Below are positions 10,163 to 19,870 of a stretch of 64,000 bases of DNA, piece after piece. This stretch comes from a virus: IMG/VR virus record IMGVR_UViG_3300035698_010959; one strand, given 5' to 3'. A model generated the notes under the pieces. That model was not told where the DNA came from. It saw only the letters and a list, made by a program, of their open reading frames with translations, and did no database searches. The number at the start of each line of letters is the position of its first letter. Position 1 is the stretch's first letter. The position numbers were made by a program, and so were the translations under genes.

Positions 10163-10210
10163 GTATTTTTATTTAAATTTCTATATATACTGTTATGCGT
10201 ATATCTATAT

Positions 10211-10594
10211 CTAAAATCCACTATCTCTAGTTAGCTCTATAGCTCCTGCTGCGTGTTTTGTTCCTACCTCTATTATATCTATATCTGGTTTTTTATCATT
10301 GATTACTATTCTTGGACCTCTTGGCAATCCCATAATTAAATGATTGTAGGTAATTCCTAAATCTTGTAGTTCTTCTTCAGTTTTTTTACGTAGTGATTCT
10401 TTTCTACCTGTTGTTATTACAATAGTATGTCCAGACCTTAGCCAAGTAAGCATTTCTTTTTGTATGTTTGGTAATAGAATAGGGCATTTGCTTGTTGCTA
10501 TAGCCTGTCCTCGGTGTGTAATTATGCACCCATCTATATCTAAAAATATAGTTGATGGAGTATTTGTTGGTATATCTGTAATCTTTGTTATCAT
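10211..10594 (-). CDS. small HAD-family (capsule biosynthesis-type) phosphatase
   Basis: IFLDIDGCI, ITTGRKE, LIMG, VINDK. Confidence 0.82.
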   Translation of the reverse strand: MITKITDIPTNTPSTIFLDIDGCIITHRGQAIATSKCPILLPNIQKEMLTWLRSGHTIVITTGRKESLRKKTEEELQDLGITYNHLIMGLPRGPRIVINDKKPDIDIIEVGTKHAAGAIELTRDSGF

Positions 10595-10603
10595 GTATGT
10601 TTC

Positions 10604-11155
10604 CTATTCTAAATTAGCGTGTCTGTTCCAAAGTTCTTTTTCTGTTAGGTTTAGCTTTTCTTGTATCAGTCTACCTACAATATCTCCAAATAAATGTAAG
10701 CTTTGGTCAAATAAAAATGTCATGGATTGTGCAGATTTATTATTTGTTAGGTTTACTTTTGTTGGGCAATCTAAATATACTGAGAAGTTACTTAGTCGTA
10801 ATAGTGTTGAATCTTTAGACGCTGTTATTAGTCCTATTCTAGCATTTTTTGTTTTTGCTATTTGCGCTATAGTTACTGGTAGTTTACTTTCTCCTGATCC
10901 ACTGGCTATTAATAACAAGTCATTTGGACCTATTGGTTTTTCAGTAACTGATCCTACAATTTGACAGTTTATGCCCAAGTGTCCAAGGTATTTAATAAAA
11001 CAGTTTAGTGAAAGAAACACCCTTCCAACAGCTATAAAGAATACTTTATCCACAGTCAGTATTTCTTGAATTAGTTGTTCAACTTCAGTTGAGTCTATGT
11101 TTAATATTACTTTTTGTAGTTCTTGTATTGTTTGAGTTGTTAGTTGTTTATACAT
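10604..11155 (-). CDS. SIS-domain phosphosugar isomerase (HxlB/PHI-like)
   Basis: VFFIAVGRV, LLLIASGSGES, QSMTFLFDQS, HANLE C-terminus. Confidence 0.87.
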   Translation of the reverse strand: MYKQLTTQTIQELQKVILNIDSTEVEQLIQEILTVDKVFFIAVGRVFLSLNCFIKYLGHLGINCQIVGSVTEKPIGPNDLLLIASGSGESKLPVTIAQIAKTKNARIGLITASKDSTLLRLSNFSVYLDCPTKVNLTNNKSAQSMTFLFDQSLHLFGDIVGRLIQEKLNLTEKELWNRHANLE

Positions 11156-11197
11156 TTATTTGTTTTTCTTTTCTGTTTATTGTTTTAGTAAATCTTT

Positions 11198-12289
11198 TTA
11201 TTTATATATATACCCTTGAGTTATCCATTCTTCTGGTATATTTGGGTCTATTGCTCTTGCTAAATTAGTGTGGACTTTGTTACGTAACTCAATAAATCCA
11301 TCTCTTGAAACTGTAGGATTTTCATCTATTTCTACTATCTTGTCTTTCCAAAATAGTGGTATATCTTCTAATGTACCACATAGATCTATTCCATTTTCTA
11401 CTACAGATCTATGTGGTTTTCCTGGATGAATATTGACCCATTCTGGGTTAGTATCTTCATAACCATAACGTATTTTTATTTTGTTTTCAAAAAATCCTTC
11501 TGGTATATGTAGTGGCGGACAATTATCTGGAATTATTCCAACATGACTATATCCATCAAAATGTCTACAGAGCTCTGTTAGACTAATAAAGACTATATGT
11601 TCTATAGAAGAATTACTCATTGGAGGTGGTCCCCAATCCATACGTGGCATAAACTGTTTATCTTTATCTGGAAAGGCATTGCTTCGTATAAAAATCCAAT
11701 AATGCATTAGGGCTTTATTTACTATTTGTATTGCATCTGTTAAGCGTGAAGTTCCTTTTAATATTCCAGGTTTATAAAGTTTTCCATGTTCTATATTGCA
11801 TGGAATAATATTCATGGCACAAAATTTTAATACTTCTGGAAAGTGAGAATACATTACTGAACATAACTCATCTGTTGAGTTTACTAGTTCTTGCTCACAG
11901 TTAGTTAACATGTCTAGATTATTTGCTATAAATACATGATCGTTGTTACCTGCGTAAAAAATTGACTGATTATCTGGTAAGTCTTTAAAGTAGGTATTGT
12001 ATACTTCTTTCCATTCTTCTATTAATGCTGTTCTATGTTTATTATAAACAAGGTTATGATTTTTGTAAAGTATTTTTATTTCATTTTCTACACGTTCTTC
12101 TAGATTTTTATACTCTTCATCTAATCCAATTTGTATTATTACTTGTGTCCAAGGAATAGTGGCGTAGCTTGCCAAGGTATATAATAATATATCTACTTTA
12201 TTATAAGAAGGTAGATTTCCTCTTGAATATGCTGGCATAGCCGCATACGTATTTTCTTGAGTTATTTGTGTATTTACAAATAGTATCAT
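11198..12289 (-). CDS. putative GT-A-like protein, paralog A
   Basis: YAGNNDHVFI, ELCRHFDGYSHVG, LEDIPLFWK; paralog of next gene. Confidence 0.6.
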   Translation of the reverse strand: MILFVNTQITQENTYAAMPAYSRGNLPSYNKVDILLYTLASYATIPWTQVIIQIGLDEEYKNLEERVENEIKILYKNHNLVYNKHRTALIEEWKEVYNTYFKDLPDNQSIFYAGNNDHVFIANNLDMLTNCEQELVNSTDELCSVMYSHFPEVLKFCAMNIIPCNIEHGKLYKPGILKGTSRLTDAIQIVNKALMHYWIFIRSNAFPDKDKQFMPRMDWGPPPMSNSSIEHIVFISLTELCRHFDGYSHVGIIPDNCPPLHIPEGFFENKIKIRYGYEDTNPEWVNIHPGKPHRSVVENGIDLCGTLEDIPLFWKDKIVEIDENPTVSRDGFIELRNKVHTNLARAIDPNIPEEWITQGYIYK

Positions 12290-12349
12290 TTATCTATTAG
12301 AAGCCTTTATCTGCTTTGCATATTTGTTCTATTTCTGTTAATGTTGTTA

Positions 12350-13372
12350 TTATTCTTTTAAGAATCCTTTTTCTATCCATTCTTGGTTAACATTTACCCT
12401 ATATGATGTTGCCATATCTGTATGTGCTTTATTTCTCGCTATTAATAGCGCTTCTCTGCTTGGTATGTTTGGGTTTATATCTATATCTTTTATATAGGGT
12501 TTCCAGAATAGTGGTATATCTTCTAATACTCCTTGTATATCTACTCCATTTGGATTAGCTGAATGATAAGGAAGTAATGGATTAATAATTACACTGTGGG
12601 GGGTATGTTTTTCATTTTCTGGATATCCATATCTAATTACAATATCTTTAGTCCAGAATCCTGGTGGGATTTTAAGTGCTGGGCAACGAGTTTGTGATAT
12701 GCCGACGTGTGAATATCCATCAAAATGTCTACATAGTTCATTCTTTATGGGTATATATGTTTCTAAACAAATATCTGCAGGTGGTGGTCCATAGTCTGTT
12801 CTTGGTCTGTATGTATTTGGAGGTAGATGAAAGGTATTCCATGCTTTTTGTAGTGTTTCTTTTCCTATCATAACTACAGAATCTACTCCCATATGATTAA
12901 AGTAAGGATCTCCTCTATCATTTGATAGATATGTATTACTTACTTTCCAAAATAGTTCTGGCCAATGTGAGAACTGTACTGAGATATTTTTATCTGGATA
13001 TACTTCAAATAGTGTTTGTAGATATTCTAGTTCTTCACAGTCTGATGCTAAAAATATATGGTCATGATTACATAAAAACCATACTGGGTCTGTTCTGTCT
13101 AAATTTTTTAAATCCTCTGGAAGTCTTTCTTTCCATTCTTCTACACATGTATTTTGTGATTCATATTGACAACCAGGAAATAGAGATTTTGTAAGCTCTT
13201 CAAGCTCTTGTGCATACGTATCGTGTGGTGAATCAAGAGCTACCCTTATTGTTACACCTGTAAAGTTAATTACTGATAGCCTTGCTAATGAGTACTTAAG
13301 TATATCAACTCGTGTATAGTCACAAAAAGGATGTGGTAAATCTGTTAATCTTGTATTTATGTATAAATGCAT
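12350..13372 (-). CDS. putative GT-A-like protein, paralog B
   Basis: FLCNHDHIFL, ELCRHFDGYSHVG, LEDIPLFWK. Confidence 0.6.
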   Translation of the reverse strand: MHLYINTRLTDLPHPFCDYTRVDILKYSLARLSVINFTGVTIRVALDSPHDTYAQELEELTKSLFPGCQYESQNTCVEEWKERLPEDLKNLDRTDPVWFLCNHDHIFLASDCEELEYLQTLFEVYPDKNISVQFSHWPELFWKVSNTYLSNDRGDPYFNHMGVDSVVMIGKETLQKAWNTFHLPPNTYRPRTDYGPPPADICLETYIPIKNELCRHFDGYSHVGISQTRCPALKIPPGFWTKDIVIRYGYPENEKHTPHSVIINPLLPYHSANPNGVDIQGVLEDIPLFWKPYIKDIDINPNIPSREALLIARNKAHTDMATSYRVNVNQEWIEKGFLKE

Positions 13373-13379
13373 AATAGAT

Positions 13380-14072
13380 TTATGAGCTATCCTTTGTGCT
13401 TTTGTAGTAGGCTTTTAGAAGTTTTGCTCTATCTTTCCACATGTCTATTTTGCGCCAGTCACCATGTACTTTTCTATCATGATTTTCAAACTCTTGTGAG
13501 TTTACTTCATCACATGTTTTATCAGGTTCTCGTTTTCCTGCGAAAGGATGTATGTGTTCTACGATTACTTCTGGAACATATTTAATTCGTCCAGTTGGTG
13601 TTCCAATGTCTTGCCACCAGGTATCTACCCATAGGTGTATTAGTTTTGGATAGGCATAGAATCCAAATACCTTTAGTATGTTTGTAGTTACAAATACTTG
13701 ACTCGCACATCTTATTCCTTGGAACAAATCGTTAGCATATAGTATTGCCCAGTCATTCATTTCTTTTGTTTTATTTATGAAGACAGTATCCCAGGCTTGT
13801 GTTCTGAATACCATGTCATCATTTATTACATATACCGCATCATAGTCATTTACAAATGGCATTACTGAAGCATTTAGAAGTTCTACTGTGCCTTGTGTTC
13901 GTTTTACTATTCTATAATCTATGCCTTCTATTCGTGGGTAGTTTTGTTCATCATCTTTATCAAGAATTACATGGAAGTCTGAGTGTCCTTCTGTAGTTGC
14001 TTTCCATGAGTCTACACACTCTTCTAACATCTTTACTCGATTTCTTGATGGGCATATTACTGCTATTTTCAT
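13380..14072 (-). CDS. glycosyltransferase family 2-like
   Basis: IAVICPSRNR, VINDDM, HLWVDTW, VEHIHP. Confidence 0.8.
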   Translation of the reverse strand: MKIAVICPSRNRVKMLEECVDSWKATTEGHSDFHVILDKDDEQNYPRIEGIDYRIVKRTQGTVELLNASVMPFVNDYDAVYVINDDMVFRTQAWDTVFINKTKEMNDWAILYANDLFQGIRCASQVFVTTNILKVFGFYAYPKLIHLWVDTWWQDIGTPTGRIKYVPEVIVEHIHPFAGKREPDKTCDEVNSQEFENHDRKVHGDWRKIDMWKDRAKLLKAYYKSTKDSS

Positions 14073-14761
14073 TATTGTAGTAACTCCTTATAGCTATTGC
14101 CCCATTTATTCTTAAATGCAGCCAGGTCTTCTTTTAATACTGGTAACTCAGAAAGGTCACCATGTAAGTCATCAAAGGATTGATTTATTTCTGAGTTTGT
14201 TGCTTTACTACAGATGTTTATACATCCACCAAGACTATCTACTTCTAAAGCAAGGTCACAGTCTAGGAATCCTTTTTGATATATTGGATCATGTAGATAT
14301 TTATTTTCTATTTGATTATATGAAAGCATTGCTATTGTTTCTCTACTTACACAGTTAGTACACGGTATTAGTATTCCACAATCTATTATTCTGTTGTGTT
14401 CATCTCGTTTTTCAAATAGAAATGGATGATCTTCTACTCTATCAAATGCTGCTACAAAAGGTGCTTTATGTGCTGCTGTAAAATGTAATATTTTTCTCAT
14501 ACAATTTTGTGTTGGTCTATATAAATCAACTGTGGATATTATATAGTCTCCGGTTGATTGTTCAAATCCTTTTTGTAATGCTTTATTGTTTAAAAGTAAT
14601 TCAGGGCCTTCATCTATCCAAAGAACATTATTTCCTTCTGTTTTAAACTGCGATATTACAATTATTTCATAGTCAAAGTCTAGTGCTTGACTGTTTATTT
14701 GTTTTATTCGTATATCTACTTGTTGTGGCCGTATGCTTGGTATTAGAATGCTTGCTTTCAT
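14072..14761 (-). CDS. glycosyltransferase family 2-like
   Basis: ASILIPSIRP, YEIIVIS, GDYII..VD, FLDCDL. Confidence 0.7.
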   Translation of the reverse strand: MKASILIPSIRPQQVDIRIKQINSQALDFDYEIIVISQFKTEGNNVLWIDEGPELLLNNKALQKGFEQSTGDYIISTVDLYRPTQNCMRKILHFTAAHKAPFVAAFDRVEDHPFLFEKRDEHNRIIDCGILIPCTNCVSRETIAMLSYNQIENKYLHDPIYQKGFLDCDLALEVDSLGGCINICSKATNSEINQSFDDLHGDLSELPVLKEDLAAFKNKWGNSYKELLQ

Positions 14762-14771
14762 ATGTATATAC

Positions 14772-15854
14772 TTACTCGTAGTTAAATTGTGGATGTATTT
14801 TTTTTATGTGAGTAAATACTTCTTTCCACCAGTTAGTTGCGTTATATATTTCTGTTGTTTTTTTACATCCAGAGTCTGCAATAGCAATTCGCTCATTATC
14901 ATGTTCTAAGTAGTAGTTTACTATACTTAGAAGTTCTTTTTTAGAGCTATACTCTACATAGTCTGTTCTTGGTGTGAAGTAATTATGTGTGTATGTGTCT
15001 ACTGGTTGTAGAAGCATTGTGCCACAGGCTGTTGCTTCAAATACTCGTCCTTTAAGTTGAGGAGTATTTCTAATACTATCTGTGGGAAAGTTTAATGTTA
15101 TCTTTGATCGTTTATAGTAGTTAGCATACTCTTCATTTGATAGTTTGTTTCCTTCTATACGTCCTCCTGCTAAAACTATATTTGTATTGTATTTTATTTG
15201 TGCTATATGGCTACGTCCTATTGGTTTTGAAGCAAGGCTGCCTATATAACTTATATCTATATCTCTTTTTAATCCTGGATTGTTGTATAGTTTATTGTCT
15301 TCTGGTGTCCATGTATATAGTGGGTTTGTATATACATATGAGCTATTCATTCCATCTGGTAGGATATGTCCTATAAAACAATCAGTGTATTGCTGTAAAG
15401 CTCCTTCTACAGTTGAGCAACATCCTCCTCCTCCTTTTGTTGCGTCCCACCAAATAGGTAGTATTGGTATGCCAAGTTCTTCATATATTTTTTTAAATGT
15501 TTCATATTTTGGATTACGTGGGTGTCTTGGCATAGATAATATTATACAATCAGGACATAGCTCTTTACATATAGTTATAAGTTTGTCATCAACGGAGGGT
15601 ATTTCTATTAAAGATTTAACAAAAGCCTCTTCGTTTGCATCCCATAGTACGTATTTCTCTGGAGTTAATACTACATTCTTGGGGTCTGTGCTATTATATA
15701 ACCACTCATCATAGTAAAATACATGTGTATGTGCTGCTAGTCCAGTATTTTCTAACGAGTTTCGTAGCATATGCTCTGAGTAACTTGTTCCTTTATCTGG
15801 ATCATTATCACACCACTTAGTTTTTATTAATAGTACAGTAGGTTGCTTAGGCAT
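14772..15854 (-). CDS. CgeB-like (Glyco_trans_1_2) glycosyltransferase
   Basis: RDIDISYIGS, SKITLNF, LKGRVFEATACG, ERIAIADSG. Confidence 0.85.
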   Translation of the reverse strand: MPKQPTVLLIKTKWCDNDPDKGTSYSEHMLRNSLENTGLAAHTHVFYYDEWLYNSTDPKNVVLTPEKYVLWDANEEAFVKSLIEIPSVDDKLITICKELCPDCIILSMPRHPRNPKYETFKKIYEELGIPILPIWWDATKGGGGCCSTVEGALQQYTDCFIGHILPDGMNSSYVYTNPLYTWTPEDNKLYNNPGLKRDIDISYIGSLASKPIGRSHIAQIKYNTNIVLAGGRIEGNKLSNEEYANYYKRSKITLNFPTDSIRNTPQLKGRVFEATACGTMLLQPVDTYTHNYFTPRTDYVEYSSKKELLSIVNYYLEHDNERIAIADSGCKKTTEIYNATNWWKEVFTHIKKIHPQFNYE

Positions 15855-16382
15855 TTAAATATTGTCTCCGTGTGTATCTCTTTCTGAGAGTATTGGATTA
15901 TTTATAGGCCAGTGTACTCCCAGTCTTTCATCATTCCACAATACAGTAAACTGGGAAGCTCTGTTATAATATTGTGATTGTTTATAATGTAGTATAGCAT
16001 AATCACTCATAACTAATTGAGCACCTGCACTGTTAGGTGGAATCAAAAGCTGTAATCCATTTTTATCAGATAGTGTAAATCCTTGATGTTTTAAATAGTA
16101 TGGGCTTTCTTTATCATAGTTTAGGACTACAAAGTAAATGCGCCCTTTAAGGCAGGTAATTAATTTCCATGTCACGCTGTCTCCGTGGAATCCTCTAAGT
16201 ACATGCTTTGTAGATGTTGAAGCATTGTCTTGTACAAAGTCTATATCAAACCCTGTTGCTTGCTGTATCTCATTCTTGTATGTATCTTTTTTATATAGTT
16301 CTAAAAAACTACCTCTAAAATCTTCAAAGTTAGTTGGTAAGCTTACTGTGAACAGTCCCGGTAGGGTCGTGTTGTGAATCAT
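15855..16382 (-). CDS. rfbC: dTDP-4-dehydrorhamnose 3,5-epimerase family (cupin)
   Basis: FEDFRGSFLE, FVQDN.S.S.KHVLRGFHG, WND..LG..WP...PILSERD. Confidence 0.9.
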   Translation of the reverse strand: MIHNTTLPGLFTVSLPTNFEDFRGSFLELYKKDTYKNEIQQATGFDIDFVQDNASTSTKHVLRGFHGDSVTWKLITCLKGRIYFVVLNYDKESPYYLKHQGFTLSDKNGLQLLIPPNSAGAQLVMSDYAILHYKQSQYYNRASQFTVLWNDERLGVHWPINNPILSERDTHGDNI

Positions 16383-17895
16383 TTAAATATGTTCTCTCTA
16401 GTTTTATTTTTGTCATTCTATTTAGATGGTCAATTATGTGTGGACCGAATGTAGTCTTCATCATTGCCCTATATGCTGTGTTATTTTCTGAATAATATTC
16501 TTGCCAAGCAGCATCTCTAAATTTCAATACCTCTAAACCATCTAAATATTTTGTTGGTAGTGGTATAAAGTCTTTTGAAAATTGAGCATAGCCTCCCCAT
16601 GTTTTAGGTAGTGGCCATCCTTTTTCTTTTGCTTCAATGTATAGTTTAGATCCTGGATACGCTGCGGCACAATGGAAGTTTACAAACTCTGTATTTAATT
16701 CATGTGCTAACGAGAGAGTGTCTTCCATAGAGTCATGAGTATCTTCTGGTAATCCAAATATCCAGCTTGTAGCCATGTAGATACCTTCATTTCTTAGCTT
16801 GTGTGCTGCTTCTCTTGAAGTATCTACCTTTGTTTTTTTAGAAATACTTTCTAGTATTTTTGAGTTTCCAGATTCTATTCCAATTCCAAACCAGTTCATT
16901 CCTGCTTTTTTCATTAGAGGTAGCAAATCTGTATTACATATGACGTTACTTCTAGCATATATCCACATGTTTAAGTCGTAGTTTCTGTCTATGATTCCAT
17001 CACATATAGCTTTTACATGTTCTCTATTACATAGAAACAATTCATCTGCTATTTTTATATTGCTTACACCATATTCTGTTACCAGCGTATCTATTTGGCT
17101 TAATACATACTCTGGGTCAAATAGTCTGTAACTGCTTGATTTATAGTTTGATACGCGCTCTCCTGATCTAAATGGAGCCTGTATACAACAAAAATAACAA
17201 TTGTATGGGCATCCAAGTGAGGTATATAGTGTTCCATATGGCTGTCTATTATCTGGATTTGCAAAGCAATGCCAGTTATGTGCTTTGTAGTTTTGCATAG
17301 GCAACAGGTACCAAGGAAGATCTGTAATTTCTTTGTTTATATCCGCAAGAGGAGCCCTTTTTTTAGCATTAGGTAGTATCATATATCCTTGAGGAGTATT
17401 TGAGTATAAATCTGGTACATCATTTGTTTTTTTCTTTTTACTTTGTAGTGCTTTTACTAATGCTGGGATTGTTGCAAAGCCTTCTCCACCACATGCGTAT
17501 GTTGCTTGGATCTCTTCAAGACTTTTAATAGGTAGAGCTGCGATATGACCACCTACTAACAGTACATCTTGATCTGGTGTTTGGTTACATATTGCATTAC
17601 ATACTTCTTGTGCTGAGGGTATAAGTTGAGTAGACGCTGAGGGGTTATGTCCATATACTACAACTACAGTTAGCGTAGGTTTTAGAGTCTTTATTCGTGT
17701 TGCTATTTCTTGTGGGGATAATCTTTCTGCATCCCCATCAATAATGTCTACTGATAGTCCGTGCTTCTGAGCAGATGCTGCTAACATTAGAGCCCATATA
17801 GGTGGTTCTATTGCTGCAAACTCGTTTATTAGAGTCTGATAAGACTTTGAAGTGTTTCCTATATTTATAAATACTACATCCAGATGCTTGTTCAT
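16330..17895 (-). CDS. cobalamin-dependent radical SAM enzyme (class B methylase-like)
   Basis: B12-binding N-term (EPPIW, VGGH), TSLGCPYNCYFC, IADELF, GIESGN, FGLPEDT, YPGS.LY. Confidence 0.92.
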   Translation of the reverse strand: MNKHLDVVFINIGNTSKSYQTLINEFAAIEPPIWALMLAASAQKHGLSVDIIDGDAERLSPQEIATRIKTLKPTLTVVVVYGHNPSASTQLIPSAQEVCNAICNQTPDQDVLLVGGHIAALPIKSLEEIQATYACGGEGFATIPALVKALQSKKKKTNDVPDLYSNTPQGYMILPNAKKRAPLADINKEITDLPWYLLPMQNYKAHNWHCFANPDNRQPYGTLYTSLGCPYNCYFCCIQAPFRSGERVSNYKSSSYRLFDPEYVLSQIDTLVTEYGVSNIKIADELFLCNREHVKAICDGIIDRNYDLNMWIYARSNVICNTDLLPLMKKAGMNWFGIGIESGNSKILESISKKTKVDTSREAAHKLRNEGIYMATSWIFGLPEDTHDSMEDTLSLAHELNTEFVNFHCAAAYPGSKLYIEAKEKGWPLPKTWGGYAQFSKDFIPLPTKYLDGLEVLKFRDAAWQEYYSENNTAYRAMMKTTFGPHIIDHLNRMTKIKLERTYLNDSQHDPTGTVHSKLTN

Positions 17896-18876
17896 TTAGA
17901 TTCTTCCTTCTTTTCTAAGCCTGTCTTTGTTTTGTTTAAACCATGTCAAGGTTAGATCTAAGCCTTCTTCTATTTGTATCTTTGGAGTAAACCCTAACAG
18001 TTCTTTTGCTTTGGTATTATTTATTAATCTCTTTGGTATCATTGTTGGTTGTGCTGTATCATAGCATTTGTATGGATTAAAGTTTTCTAGTTTAAGAAGA
18101 ATGTCTATGAACTCGTTTATAGATACGCCTTGCCCTTGTCCTATATTTATTTGTTCAAAGGTATTTATTTTTTCTAAAGCTAATAGTGTAGCATCTGCAA
18201 CATCATCTACATAAGTAAAGTCTCTTATTTCTTTACCATCTCCCCATATCTGTAGAGGATCTTGGTGTTCTACTATTTTTCTCAGCAGTGCTGGAAGTGC
18301 ATGGCAGGTATCTAAATTAAAATCGTCGTTTGGTCCATACAGATTTGCTAGTCGTAATACCATTGTAGTCATTGGCCGTGGAAGCCTTGAGTAGGTTTCG
18401 CATTGTTTTTCTATATAACGCTTATACCAACCCATTTCAAAATATTTGTCATATGGATCTCCAGAAAACATCTCTTCTTCTCTAACTGGATGGTCTACGT
18501 CTGGATAAGCGGTTGAGCTACCAAAGTATAGAAATTTTTCTACTCCTGCGTTGTAAGAAGCCTCTAACATATTTATACCCATTCGTATGTTTGGGTTAAC
18601 TAAACTAAGTACATTATCTACTGTAATTTTAGCATTACCTACAACTGCTGCTGCGTCTACAACATATTGCCAATCTTTTACTACGTCTTTACATTGGTCT
18701 AAATTTGTAAGATCACACTGATGGTATACTACACCATCTAATACTTCTGGTATTGGTCTGTTATGGTAAGTTGCTTTTACTTGTGCTCCTGCTGCGTGTA
18801 ATGCTCTTACTATAGCTGTTCCAGCAAGTCCAGAACCACCAGCTACTACTACTGTTTTGTCTTTAAAGAATGGCAT
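17896..18876 (-). CDS. GDP-L-fucose synthase/ColC-like epimerase-reductase
   Basis: VAGGSGLAGTAI, AAVVG, NLYGPNDDF, HALPAL, IWGDG..IRDFTYVDD. Confidence 0.85.
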   Translation of the reverse strand: MPFFKDKTVVVAGGSGLAGTAIVRALHAAGAQVKATYHNRPIPEVLDGVVYHQCDLTNLDQCKDVVKDWQYVVDAAAVVGNAKITVDNVLSLVNPNIRMGINMLEASYNAGVEKFLYFGSSTAYPDVDHPVREEEMFSGDPYDKYFEMGWYKRYIEKQCETYSRLPRPMTTMVLRLANLYGPNDDFNLDTCHALPALLRKIVEHQDPLQIWGDGKEIRDFTYVDDVADATLLALEKINTFEQINIGQGQGVSINEFIDILLKLENFNPYKCYDTAQPTMIPKRLINNTKAKELLGFTPKIQIEEGLDLTLTWFKQNKDRLRKEGRI

Positions 18877-19868
18877 TAGATGTTACTCCTTTGATAAGGT
18901 AGTTCTGGATATACATCTTGTATTTCAGATAGTACCTTGTTCCACCAGGCATGTGCGTTATACTGTTGTGTTGCTTTGAAGCATCCACTTCTTGCAATTG
19001 TCCTTCTCTCACTTTTGTGTGCTATGTAATACTTTGCTTTTTCTATTAAGTCTTTCTTTGAAGAGTATGGTATGTAGTCTATGTAAGGAGTTAGCCATAA
19101 TTTTGTTTCATCATTTTCTGGTTCTAATAGCATTGCTTCACATAATACAATTTCAAAGGTTCTTCCTTTTAGTTGGTCTGGAACCATGGGGGAATCTTTT
19201 GGAAAGTTAAGAGAGATTTTAGATCTCTTTAAATAGTCTGCATATGTTTCTAAGTGTATTGGTCGTTCTCGTGTTCCTCCATCTGTTATAACAGCTATGC
19301 CTGCGTATTTTAGAGAAGCCAGATGTGATCTTCCTATTGGTTTATGCCCAAGACTACCTATGTAACTTATGTCTATGTCTTTGGGTGGATAGTCTTCTAG
19401 TTTGCTGTTAAATATTGATGGATCCTCTACTCCCCATGTCACAATTGGATTTTTGTATCTTTCATAATGTAGTTTTCCTGCTATTAATATGTGTGCTAAA
19501 AAGGCGTTATGTTGTGCTACATCAGATCCTGCTCCTTTTACAGAATCAAACCATATCGCTACTGTTGGTATTTTTAGTTTTGCTTCTATTAGTTCAAATG
19601 TTATTGGCTTTGGGTTGAGTGGATTGCCTGGTATTTGTGTAAATATAATAAGATCTGGTTTTAATTCTTCACATGTTTTTAGTAGCGCTTTATCACAATC
19701 ATACTTTTTGATTAATACACATTCATCATAGTAAAAGTTATCAAAACTAGCAAGATCTGTTGATCTTAGTGTGTTAAAGAGTGTATGGTAGTTATTTGAT
19801 AGTCCCATATCTGGATTTGTATCACACCATTTTTCTGTTACAAATAAAATGTGTGGCTTGTTCCTCAT
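18876..19868 (-). CDS. CgeB-like glycosyltransferase (paralog of 14772..15854)
   Basis: KDIDISYIGSL, KPIGRSH, RSKISLNF, QLKGRTFE. Confidence 0.85.
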   Translation of the reverse strand: MRNKPHILFVTEKWCDTNPDMGLSNNYHTLFNTLRSTDLASFDNFYYDECVLIKKYDCDKALLKTCEELKPDLIIFTQIPGNPLNPKPITFELIEAKLKIPTVAIWFDSVKGAGSDVAQHNAFLAHILIAGKLHYERYKNPIVTWGVEDPSIFNSKLEDYPPKDIDISYIGSLGHKPIGRSHLASLKYAGIAVITDGGTRERPIHLETYADYLKRSKISLNFPKDSPMVPDQLKGRTFEIVLCEAMLLEPENDETKLWLTPYIDYIPYSSKKDLIEKAKYYIAHKSERRTIARSGCFKATQQYNAHAWWNKVLSEIQDVYPELPYQRSNI

Positions 19869-19870
19869 AG

